This document shows positions 1-11,700 of a stretch of DNA of 64,000 bases, one piece after another. The notes under the pieces are model-generated. The model made no database searches and was not told where the DNA came from. It was given only the letters and a program-made list of their open reading frames with translations. The stretch's first letter is position 1, and every line of letters starts with the position of its first letter. A program made the translations under genes and the position numbers. The stretch comes from Auanema rhodensis (lineage: Eukaryota > Animalia > Nematoda): assembly GCA_964057225.1 (NCBI GenBank), contig OZ059897.1:682001-746000 (forward strand). The letters run 5' to 3'.

Positions 1-46
1 CAATGTAATTCAACGAAAAAATTAATTCTTCAGGGTGAAAATCGAG

Positions 47-68
47 GATATAAGTGTGAACTTATATC
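47..68. other. Hairpin H1 of the monomer: gatataagt-GTGA-acttatatc (perfect 9-bp stem, 4-nt loop)
   Basis: 47-55 is the exact reverse complement of 60-68. It can be extended by tgaaaat (36-42)/attttca (86-92) and cgag/ctcg. Confidence 0.9.
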
Positions 69-85
69 AGTTCATATCTCGGTGC

Positions 86-136
86 ATTTTCAAGCTAGCG
101 CAAATCTGATAGTACAGATCGACGCAGCTTAAAAAT
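86..136. other. Hairpin H2 of the monomer: nested imperfect inverted repeat
   Basis: atttt(c/t)aagct ... gcg ... atctg [6 nt] cagat ... cgc agcttaaaaat. Confidence 0.85.
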
Positions 137-219
137 CCGCATCGAATGCACTATACTACATTGAGAAACGCTTAATACAAAAATTAGTTATGATCGTTTG
201 AAAAATGATGCATTAGTGT

Positions 220-320
220 ATGTTGAGTTTCCATGTACACTCAAAATTGCTTCCAAAAACATTTTGACAAAAATTTTTTCGAAAAATTTCAAAATAATTT
301 AGCGAAAAGTAGATGTTTTT
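220..320. other. Hairpin H3 (atgttgagt/actcaa(a/c)at) and dyad H4 (aaaaacat...tttttCGaaaaa...atgttttt)
   Basis: 220-228 pairs with 239-247 (8/9, or 9/9 in the C allele). 275-286 is a perfect 12-bp palindrome. 255-262 pairs with 313-320. Confidence 0.8.
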
Positions 321-3300
321 AGATTCCTTTTTTCGAGGCAAAAACGATGGACAATGTTATTCAACGAAAAAATTAATTCTTCAGGGTGAAAATCGAGGAT
401 ATAAGTGTGAACTTATATCAGTTGATATCTCGGTGCATTTTTCAGCTAGCGCAAATCTGATAACACAGATCGACGCAGCTTCAAAATCCGCATCGAATGC
501 ACTATACTACATTGAGAAACGCTTAATACCAAAATTAGTTATGATCGTTTGAAAAATGATGCATTAGTGTATGTTGAGTTTCCATGTACACTCAAAATTG
601 CTTCCAAAAACATTTTGACAAAAATTTTTTCGAAAAATTTCAAAATAATTTAGCGAAAAATAGATGTTTTTAGATTCCTTTTTTCAAGGCAAAAACGATG
701 GACAATGTAATTCAACGAAAAAATTAATTCTTCAGGGTGAAAATCGAGGATATAAGTGTGAACTTATATCAGTTCATATCTCGGTGCATTTTCAAGCTAG
801 CGCAAATCTGATAGTACAGATCGACGCAGCTCAAAAATCCGCATCGAATGCACTATACTACATTGAGAAACGCTCAATACCAAAATTAGTTATGATCGTT
901 TGAAAAATGATGCATTAGTGTATGTTGAGTTTCCATATACACTCAAAATTGCTTCCAAAAACATTTTGACAAAAATTTTTTCGAAAAATTTCAAAATAAT
1001 TTAGCGAACAGTAGATGTTTTTAGATTCCTTTTTTCGAGGCAAAAACGATGGACAACGTTATTCAACGAAAAAATTAATTCTTCAGGGTGAAAATCGAGG
1101 ATATAAGTGTGAACTTATATCAGTTGATATCTCGGTGCATTTTTCAGCTAGCGCAAATCTGATAACACAGATCGACGCAGCTTAAAAATCCGCATCGAAT
1201 GCACTATACTACATTGAGAAACGCTTAATACCAAAGTTAGTTATGATCGTTTGAAAAATGATGCATTAGTGTATGTTGAGTTTCCATATACACTCAAAAT
1301 TGCTTCCAAAAACATTTTGACAAAAATTTTTTCGAAAAATTTCAAAATAATTTAGCGAACAGTAGATGTTTTTAGATTCCTTTTTTCGAGGCAAAAACGA
1401 TGGACAACGTTATTCAACGAAAAAATTAATTCTTCAGGGTGAAAATCGAGGATATAAGTGTGAACTTATATCAGTTGATATCTCGGTGCATTTTTCAGCT
1501 AGCGCAAATCTGATAACACAGATCGACGCAGCTTAAAAATCCGCATCGAATGCACTATACTACATTGAGAAACGCTTAATACCAAAATTAGTTATGATCG
1601 TTTGAAAAATGATGCATTAGTGTATGTTGAGTTTCCATGTACACTCAAAATTGCTTCCAAAAACATTTTGACAAAAATTTTTTCGAAAAATTTCAAAATA
1701 ATTTAGCGAAAAGTAGATGTTTTTAGATTCCTTTTTTCAAGGCAAAAACGATGGACAATGTAATTCAACGAAAAAATTAATTCTTCAGGGTGAAAATCGA
1801 GGATATAAGTGTGAACTTATATCAGTTCATATCTCGGTGCATTTTCAAGCTAGCGTAAATCTGATAACACAGATCGACGCAGCTTCAAAATCCGCATCGA
1901 ATGCACTATACTACATTGAGAAACGCTCAATACCAAAATTAGTTATGATCGTTTGAAAAATGATGCATTAGTGTATGTTGAGTTTCCATGTACACTCAAA
2001 ATTGCTTCCAAAAACATTTTGACAAAAATTTTTTCGAAAAATTTCAAAATAATTTAGCGAAAAGTAGATGTTTTTAGATTCCTTTTTTCAAGGCAAAAAC
2101 GATGGACAATGTAATTCAACGAAAAAATTAATTCTTCAGGGTGAAAATCGAGGATATAAGTGTGAACTTATATCAGTTGATATCTCGGTGCATTTTTCAG
2201 CTAGCACAAATCTGATAACACAGATCGACGCAGCTTAAAAATCCGCATAGAATGCACTATACTACATTGAGAAACGCTTAATACCAAAATTAGTTATGAT
2301 CGTTTGAAAAATGATGCATTAGTGTATGTTGAGTTTCCATGTACACTCAAAATTGCTTCCAAAAACATTTTGACAAAAATTTTTTCGAAAAATTTCAAAA
2401 TAATTTAGCGAAAAGTAGATGTTTTTAGATTCCTTTTTTCGAGGCAAAAACGATGGACAATGTTATTCAACGAAAAAATTAATTCTTCAGGGTGAAAATC
2501 GAGGATATAAGTGTGAACTTATATCAGTTGATATCTCGGTGCATTTTTCAGCTAGCGCAAATCTGATAACACAGATCGACGCAGCTTCAAAATCCGCATC
2601 GAATGCACTATACTACATTGAGAAACGCTTAATACCAAAATTAGTTATGATCGTTTGAAAAATGATGCATTAGTGTATGTTGAGTTTCCATGTACACTCA
2701 AAATTGCTTCCAAAAACATTTTGACAAAAATTTTTTCGAAAAATTTCAAAATAATTTAGCGAAAAGTAGATGTTTTTAGATTCCTTTTTTCGAGGCAAAA
2801 ACGATGGACAATGTTATTCAACGAAAAAATTAATTCTTCAGGGTGAAAATCGAGGATATAAGTGTGAACTTATATCAGTTGATATCTCGGTGCATTTTTC
2901 AGCTAGCGCAAATCTGATAACACAGATCGACGCAGCTTCAAAATCCGCATCGAATGCACTATACTACATTGAGAAACGCTTAATACCAAAATTAGTTATG
3001 ATCGTTTGAAAAATGATGCATTAGTGTATGTTGAGTTTCCATATACACTCAAAATTGCTTCCAAAAACATTTTGACAAAAATTTTTTCGAAAAATTTCAA
3101 AATAATTTAGCGAACAGTAGATGTTTTTAGATTCCTTTTTTCGAGGCAAAAACGATGGACAACGTTATTCAACGAAAAAATTAATTCTTCAGGGTGAAAA
3201 TCGAGGATATAAGTGTGAACTTATATCAGTTGATATCTCGGTGCATTTTTCAGCTAGCGCAAATCTGATAACACAGATCGACGCAGCTTAAAAATCCGCA

Positions 3301-6300
3301 TCGAATGCACTATACTACATTGAGAAACGCTTAATACCAAAATTAGTTATGATCGTTTGAAAAATGATGCATTAGTGTATGTTGAGTTTCCATGTACACT
3401 CAAAATTGCTTCCAAAAACATTTTGACAAAAATTTTTTCGAAAAATTTCAAAATAATTTAGCGAAAAATAGATGTTTTTAGATTCCTTTTTTCAAGGCAA
3501 AAACGATGGACAATGTAATTCAACGAAAAAATTAATTCTTCAGGGTGAAAATCGAGGATATAAGTGTGAACTTATATCAGTTCATATCTCGGTGCATTTT
3601 CAAGCTAGCGCAAATCTGATAGTACAGATCGACGCAGCTTAAAAATCCGCATCGAATGCACTATACTACATTGAGAAACGCTTAATACAAAAATTAGTTA
3701 TGATCGTTTGAAAAATGATGCATTAGTGTATGTTGAGTTTCCATGTACACTCAAAATTGCTTCCAAAAACATTTTGACAAAAATTTTTTCGAAAAATTTC
3801 AAAATAATTTAGCGAAAAGTAGATGTTTTTAGATTCCTTTTTTCAAGGCAAAAACGATGGACAATGTAATTCAACGAAAAAATTAATTCTTCAGGGTGAA
3901 AATCGAGGATATAAGTGTGAACTTATATCAGTTGATATCTCGGTGCATTTTTCAGCTAGCACAAATCTGATAACACAGATCGACGCAGCTTAAAAATCCG
4001 CATCGAATGCACTATACTACATTGAGAAACGCTTAATACCAAAATTAGTTATGATCGTTTGAAAAATGATGCATTAGTGTATGTTGAGTTTCCATGTACA
4101 CTCAAAATTGCTTCCAAAAACATTTTGACAAAAATTTTTTCGAAAAATTTCAAAATAATTTAGCGAAAAGTAGATGTTTTTAGATTCCTTTTTTCGAGGC
4201 AAAAACGATGGACAATGTTATTCAACGAAAAAATTAATTCTTCAGGGTGAAAATCGAGGATATAAGTGTGAACTTATATCAGTTGATATCTCGGTGCATT
4301 TTTCAGCTAGCGCAAATCTGATAACACAGATCGACGCAGCTTCAAAATCCGCATCGAATGCACTATACTACATTGAGAAACGCTTAATACCAAAATTAGT
4401 TATGATCGTTTGAAAAATGATGCATTAGTGTATGTTGAGTTTCCATATACACTCAAAATTGCTTCCAAAAACATTTTGACAAAAATTTTTTCGAAAAATT
4501 TCAAAATAATTTAGCGAACAGTAGATGTTTTTAGATTCCTTTTTTCGAGGCAAAAACGATGGACAACGTTATTCAACGAAAAAATTAATTCTTCAGGGTG
4601 AAAATCGAGGATATAAGTGTGAACTTATATCAGTTGATATCTCGGTGCATTTTTCAGCTAGCGCAAATCTGATAACACAGATCGACGCAGCTTAAAAATC
4701 CGCATCGAATGCACTATACTACATTGAGAAACGCTTAATACCAAAATTAGTTATGATCGTTTGAAAAATGATGCATTAGTGTATGTTGAGTTTCCATGTA
4801 CACTCAAAATTGCTTCCAAAAACATTTTGACAAAAATTTTTTCGAAAAATTTCAAAATAATTTAGCGAAAAGTAGATGTTTTTAGATTCCTTTTTTCAAG
4901 GCAAAAACGATGGACAATGTAATTCAACGAAAAAATTAATTCTTCAGGGTGAAAATCGAGGATATAAGTGTGAACTTATATCAGTTCATATCTCGGTGCA
5001 TTTTCAAGCTAGCGTAAATCTGATAGTACAGATCGACGCAGCTTAAAAATCCGCATCGAATGCACTATACTACATTGAGAAACGCTTAATACAAAAATTA
5101 GTTATGATTGTTTGAAAAATGATGCAATAGTGTATGTTGAGTTTCCATGTACACTCAAAATTGCTTCCAAAAACATTTTGACAAAAATGTTTTCGAAAAA
5201 TTTCAAAATAATTTAGCGAAAAGTAGATGTTTTTAGATTCCTTTTTTCGAGGCAAAAACGATGGACAATGTTATTCAACGAAAAAATTAATTCTTCAGGG
5301 TGAAAATCGAGGATATAAGTGTGAACTTATATCAGTTGATATCTCGGTGCATTTTTCAGCTAGCGCAAATCTGATAACACAGATCGACGCAGCTTAAAAA
5401 TCCGCATCGAATGCACTATACTACATTGAGAAACGCTTAATACCAAAATTAGTTATGATCGTTTGAAAAATGATGCATTAGTGTATGTTGAGTTTCCATG
5501 TACACTCAAAATTGCTTCCAAAAACATTTTGACAAAAATTTTTTCGAAAAATTTCAAAATAATTTAGCGAAAAATAGATGTTTTTAGATTCCTTTTTTCA
5601 AGGCAAAAACGATGGACAATGTAATTCAACGAAAAAATTAATTCTTCAGGGTGAAAATCGAGGATATAAGTGTGAACTTATATCAGTTCATATCTCGGTG
5701 CATTTTCAAGCTAGCGCAAATCTGATAGTACAGATCGACGCAGCTTAAAAATCCGCATCGAATGCACTATACTACATTGAGAAACGCTTAATACAAAAAT
5801 TAGTTATGATCGTTTGAAAAATGATGCATTAGTGTATGTTGAGTTTCCATGTACACTCAAAATTGCTTCCAAAAACATTTTGACAAAAATTTTTTCGAAA
5901 AATTTCAAAATAATTTAGCGAAAAGTAGATGTTTTTAGATTCCTTTTTTCGAGGCAAAAACGATGGACAATGTTATTCAACGAAAAAATTAATTCTTCAG
6001 GGTGAAAATCGAGGATATAAGTGTGAACTTATATCAGTTGATATCTCGGTGCATTTTTCAGCTAGCGCAAATCTGATAACACAGATCGACGCAGCTTCAA
6101 AATCCGCATCGAATGCACTATACTACATTGAGAAACGCTTAATACCAAAATTAGTTATGATCGTTTGAAAAATGATGCATTAGTGTATGTTGAGTTTCCA
6201 TGTACACTCAAAATTGCTTCCAAAAACATTTTGACAAAAATTTTTTCGAAAAATTTCAAAATAATTTAGCGAAAAATAGATGTTTTTAGATTCCTTTTTT

Positions 6301-8750
6301 CAAGGCAAAAACGATGGACAATGTAATTCAACGAAAAAATTAATTCTTCAGGGTGAAAATCGAGGATATAAGTGTGAACTTATATCAGTTCATATCTCGG
6401 TGCATTTTCAAGCTAGCGCAAATCTGATAGTACAGATCGACGCAGCTCAAAAATCCGCATCGAATGCACTATACTACATTGAGAAACGCTCAATACCAAA
6501 ATTAGTTATGATCGTTTGAAAAATGATGCATTAGTGTATGTTGAGTTTCCATATACACTCAAAATTGCTTCCAAAAACATTTTGACAAAAATTTTTTCGA
6601 AAAATTTCAAAATAATTTAGCGAACAGTAGATGTTTTTAGATTCCTTTTTTCGAGGCAAAAACGATGGACAACGTTATTCAACGAAAAAATTAATTCTTC
6701 AGGGTGAAAATCGAGGATATAAGTGTGAACTTATATCAGTTGATATCTCGGTGCATTTTTCAGCTAGCGCAAATCTGATAACACAGATCGACGCAGCTTA
6801 AAAATCCGCATCGAATGCACTATACTACATTGAGAAACGCTTAATACCAAAGTTAGTTATGATCGTTTGAAAAATGATGCATTAGTGTATGTTGAGTTTC
6901 CATATACACTCAAAATTGCTTCCAAAAACATTTTGACAAAAATTTTTTCGAAAAATTTCAAAATAATTTAGCGAACAGTAGATGTTTTTAGATTCCTTTT
7001 TTCGAGGCAAAAACGATGGACAACGTTATTCAACGAAAAAATTAATTCTTCAGGGTGAAAATCGAGGATATAAGTGTGAACTTATATCAGTTGATATCTC
7101 GGTGCATTTTTCAGCTAGCGCAAATCTGATAACACAGATCGACGCAGCTTAAAAATCCGCATCGAATGCACTATACTACATTGAGAAACGCTTAATACCA
7201 AAATTAGTTATGATCGTTTGAAAAATGATGCATTAGTGTATGTTGAGTTTCCATGTACACTCAAAATTGCTTCCAAAAACATTTTGACAAAAATTTTTTC
7301 GAAAAATTTCAAAATAATTTAGCGAACAGTAGATGTTTTTAGATTCCTTTTTTCGAGGCAAAAACGATGGACAACGTTATTCAACGAAAAAATTAATTCT
7401 TCAGGGTGAAAATCGAGGATATAAGTGTGAACTTATATCAGTTGATATCTCGGTGCATTTTTCAGCTAGCGCAAATCTGATAACACAGATCGACGCAGCT
7501 TAAAAATCCGCATCGAATGCACTATACTACATTGAGAAACGCTTAATACCAAAATTAGTTATGATCGTTTGAAAAATGATGCATTAGTGTATGTTGAGTT
7601 TCCATGTACACTCAAAATTGCTTCCAAAAACATTTTGACAAAAATTTTTTCGAAAAATTTCAAAATAATTTAGCGAAAAGTAGATGTTTTTAGATTCCTT
7701 TTTTCAAGGCAAAAACGATGGACAATGTAATTCAACGAAAAAATTAATTCTTCAGGGTGAAAATCGAGGATATAAGTGTGAACTTATATCAGTTCATATC
7801 TCGGTGCATTTTCAAGCTAGCGTAAATCTGATAGTACAGATCGACGCAGCTTAAAAATCCGCATCGAATGCACTATACTACATTGAGAAACGCTTAATAC
7901 AAAAATTAGTTATGATTGTTTGAAAAATGATGCAATAGTGTATGTTGAGTTTCCATGTACACTCAAAATTGCTTCCAAAAACATTTTGACAAAAATGTTT
8001 TCGAAAAATTTCAAAATAATTTAGCGAAAAGTAGATGTTTTTAGATTCCTTTTTTCGAGGCAAAAACGATGGACAATGTTATTCAACGAAAAAATTAATT
8101 CTTCAGGGTGAAAATCGAGGATATAAGTGTGAACTTATATCAGTTGATATCTCGGTGCATTTTTCAGCTAGCGCAAATCTGATAACACAGATCGACGCAG
8201 CTTAAAAATCCGCATCGAATGCACTATACTACATTGAGAAACGCTTAATACCAAAATTAGTTATGATCGTTTGAAAAATGATGCATTAGTGTATGTTGAG
8301 TTTCCATGTACACTCAAAATTGCTTCCAAAAACATTTTGACAAAAATTTTTTCGAAAAATTTCAAAATAATTTAGCGAAAAATAGATGTTTTTAGATTCC
8401 TTTTTTCAAGGCAAAAACGATGGACAATGTAATTCAACGAAAAAATTAATTCTTCAGGGTGAAAATCGAGGATATAAGTGTGAACTTATATCAGTTCATA
8501 TCTCGGTGCATTTTCAAGCTAGCGCAAATCTGATAGTACAGATCGACGCAGCTTAAAAATCCGCATCGAATGCACTATACTACATTGAGAAACGCTTAAT
8601 ACAAAAATTAGTTATGATCGTTTGAAAAATGATGCATTAGTGTATGTTGAGTTTCCATGTACACTCAAAATTGCTTCCAAAAACATTTTGACAAAAATTT
8701 TTTCGAAAAATTTCAAAATAATTTAGCGAAAAGTAGATGTTTTTAGATTC

Positions 8751-11700
8751 CTTTTTTCGAGGCAAAAACGATGGACAATGTTATTCAACGAAAAAATTAA
8801 TTCTTCAGGGTGAAAATCGAGGATATAAGTGTGAACTTATATCAGTTGATATCTCGGTGCATTTTTCAGCTAGCGCAAATCTGATAGTACAGATCGACGC
8901 AGCTTAAAAATCCGCATCGAATGCACTATACTACATTGAGAAACGCTTAATACAAAAATTAGTTATGATCGTTTGAAAAATGATGCATTAGTGTATGTTG
9001 AGTTTCCATGTACACTCAAAATTGCTTCCAAAAACATTTTGACAAAAATTTTTTCGAAAAATTTCAAAATAATTTAGCGAAAAGTAGATTTTTTAGATTC
9101 CTTTTTTCGAGGCAAAAACGATGGACAATGTTATTCAACGAAAAAATTAATTCTTCAGGGTGAAAATCGAGGATATAAGTGTGAACTTATATCAGTTGAT
9201 ATCTCGGTGCATTTTTCAGCTAGCGCAAATCTGATAGTACAGATCGACGCAGCTTAAAAATCCGCATCGAATGCACTATACTACATTGAGAAACGCTAAA
9301 TACAAAAATAAGTTATGATCGTTTGAAAAATGATGCATTAGTGTATGTTGAGTTTCCATGTACACTCAAAATTGCTTCCAAAAACATTTTGACAAAAATT
9401 TTTTCGAAAAATTTCAAAATAATTTAGCGAAAAGTAGATGTTTTTAGCTTCCTTTTTTCGAGGCAAAAACGATGGACAATGTTATTCAACGAAAAAATTA
9501 ATTCTTCAGGGTGAAAATCGAGGATATAAGTGTCAACTTATATCAGTTGATATCTCGGTGCATTTTCAAGCTAGCGCAAATCTGATAGTACAGATCGACG
9601 CAACTTAAAATTCCGCATCGAATGCACTATACTACATTGAGAAACGCTTAATACAAAAATAAGTTATGATCGTTTGTAAAATGATGCATTAGTGTATGTT
9701 GAGTTTCCATGTACACTCAAAATTGCTTCCAAAAACATTTTGACAAAAATTTTTTCGAAAAATTTCAAAATAATTTAGCAAAAAGTAGATGTTTTTAGAT
9801 TCTTTTTTTCAAGGCAAAAACGATGGACAATGTAATTCAACGAAAAAATTAATTCTTCAGGGTGAAAATCGAGGATATAAGTGTGAACTTATATCAGTTG
9901 ATATCTCGGTGCATTTTTAAGCTAGCGGAAATCTGATAACACAGATCGACGCAGCTTAAAAGTCCGCATCGAATGCACTATACTACATTGAGAAACGCTT
10001 AATACAAAAATTAGTTATGATCGTTTGAAAAATGATGCATTAGTGTATGTTGAGTTTCCATGTACACTCAAAATTGCTTCCAAAAACATTTTGACAAAAA
10101 TTTTTTCGAAAAATTTCAAAATAATTTAGCGAAAAGTAGGTGTTTTTAGATTCCTTTTTTCAAGGCAAAAACGATGGACAATGTAATTCAACGAAAAAAT
10201 TAATTCTTCAGGGTGAAAATCGAGGATATAAGTGTGAACTTATATCAGTTGATATCTCGGTGCATTTTTAAGCTAGCGGAAATCTGATAACACAGATCGA
10301 CGCAGCTTAAAAGTCCGCATCGAATGCACTATACTACATTGAGAAACGCTTAATACAAAAATTAGTTATGATCGTTTGAAAAATGATGCATTAGTGTATG
10401 TTGAGTTTCCATGTACACTCAAAATTGCTTCCAAAAACATTTTGACAAAAATTTTTTCGAAAAATTTCAAAATAATTTAGCGAAAAGTAGATGTTTTTAG
10501 ATTCCTTTTTTCGAGGCAAAAACGATGGACAATGTTATTCAACGAAAAAATTAATTCTTCAGGGTGAAAATCGAGGATATAAGTGTGAACTTATATCAGT
10601 TGATATCTCGGTGCATTTTTCAGCTAGCGCAAATCTGATAGTACAGATCGACGCAGCTTAAAAATCCGCATCGAATGCACTATACTACATTGAGAAACGC
10701 TAAATACAAAAATAAGTTATGATCGTTTGAAAAATGATGCATTAGTGTATGTTGAGTTTCCATGTACACTCAAAATTGCTTCCAAAAACATTTTGACAAA
10801 AATTTTTTCGAAAAATTTCAAAATAATTTAGCGAAAAGTAGATGTTTTTAGCTTCCTTTTTTCGAGGCAAAAACGATGGACAATGTTATTCAACGAAAAA
10901 ATTAATTCTTCAGGGTGAAAATCGAGGATATAAGTGTGAACTTATATCAGTTGATATCTCGGTGCATTTTTAAGCTAGCGGAAATCTGATAACACAGATC
11001 GACGCAGCTTAAAAGTCCGCATCGAATGCACTATACTACATTGAGAAACGCTTAATACAAAAATTAGTTATGATCGTTTGAAAAATGATGCATTAGTGTA
11101 TGTTGAGTTTCCATGTACACTCAAAATTGCTTCCAAAAACATTTTGACAAAAATTTTTTCGAAAAATTTCAAAATAATTTAGCGAAAAGTAGATGTTTTT
11201 AGATTCCTTTTTTTGAGGCAAAAACGATGGACAATGTTATTCAACGAAAAAATTAATTCTTCAGGGTGAAAATCGAGGATATAAGTGTCAACTTATATCA
11301 GTTGATATCTCGGTGCATTTTCAAGCTAGCGCAAATCTGATAGTACAGATCGACGCAGCTTAAAAATCCGCATCGAATGCACTATACTACATTGAGAAAC
11401 GCTTAATACAAAAATAAGTTATGATCGTTTGTAAAATGATGCATTAGTGTATGTTGAGTTTCCATGTACACTCAAAATTGCTTCCAAAAACATTTTGACA
11501 AAAATTTTTTCGAAAAATTTCAAAATAATTTAGCAAAAAGTAGATGTTTTTAGATTCTTTTTTTCAAGGCAAAAACGATGGACAATGTAATTCAACGAAA
11601 AAATTAATTCTTCAGGGTGAAAATCGAGGATATAAGTGTGAACTTATATCAGTTGATATCTCGGTGCATTTTTAAGCTAGCGGAAATCTGATAACACAGA

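Larger units (their letters stand above)
1..351. repeat. Reference monomer (111/351 G+C, 14 CpG, many A/T tracts, several internal inverted repeats)
   Basis: Hand count of the first unit. A/T runs of 4-6 start at 16, 38, 87, 131, 179, 201, 243, 255, 262, 269, 274, 282, 291, 305, 316, 328 and 340. Confidence 0.97.
1..8750. repeat. Variant domain 1 (approximate limits)
   Basis: Alleles concentrated here: aataCcaaaa, gttCatatc, gcttCaaaa/gctCaaaaa, ccatAtacac, acaaCgttat. The 79-aa pseudo-ORF occurs only here. Confidence 0.8.

Noticed and set aside
47-68. Bacterial intrinsic terminator or operator
   Set aside because: AT-rich stem with no following U-tract and no gene context; the sequence is a eukaryote-type satellite.
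331-350. CENP-B-box-like motif tttcgaggcaaaaacgatgg
   Set aside because: Matches TTCG and the central A but lacks CGGG at the required spacing.
1-351. 5S rRNA, tRNA, snRNA or spliced-leader RNA tandem gene unit
   Set aside because: No recognisable RNA gene sequence, Pol III B-box or cloverleaf on either strand by eye.
1-351. Monomer as an ancient dimer of ~175-bp subunits
   Set aside because: The two halves show no convincing direct similarity beyond A-tracts.
348-392. Possible hammerhead ribozyme on the minus strand (CUGAAGA...GAAU...GUC), as in newt, schistosome and cricket satellites
   Set aside because: GAAA is replaced by GAAU, and I could not form stems I-III around the core. The + strand CTGATAG/CTGATAA does not match CUGANGA. 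An Infernal search with Rfam hammerhead models would settle it.
313-6519. Repeated 79-aa ORF (MFLDSFF...)
   Set aside because: Open only where the taa at monomer position 130-132 is mutated to tca or caa; closed in most copies; no recognisable domain.
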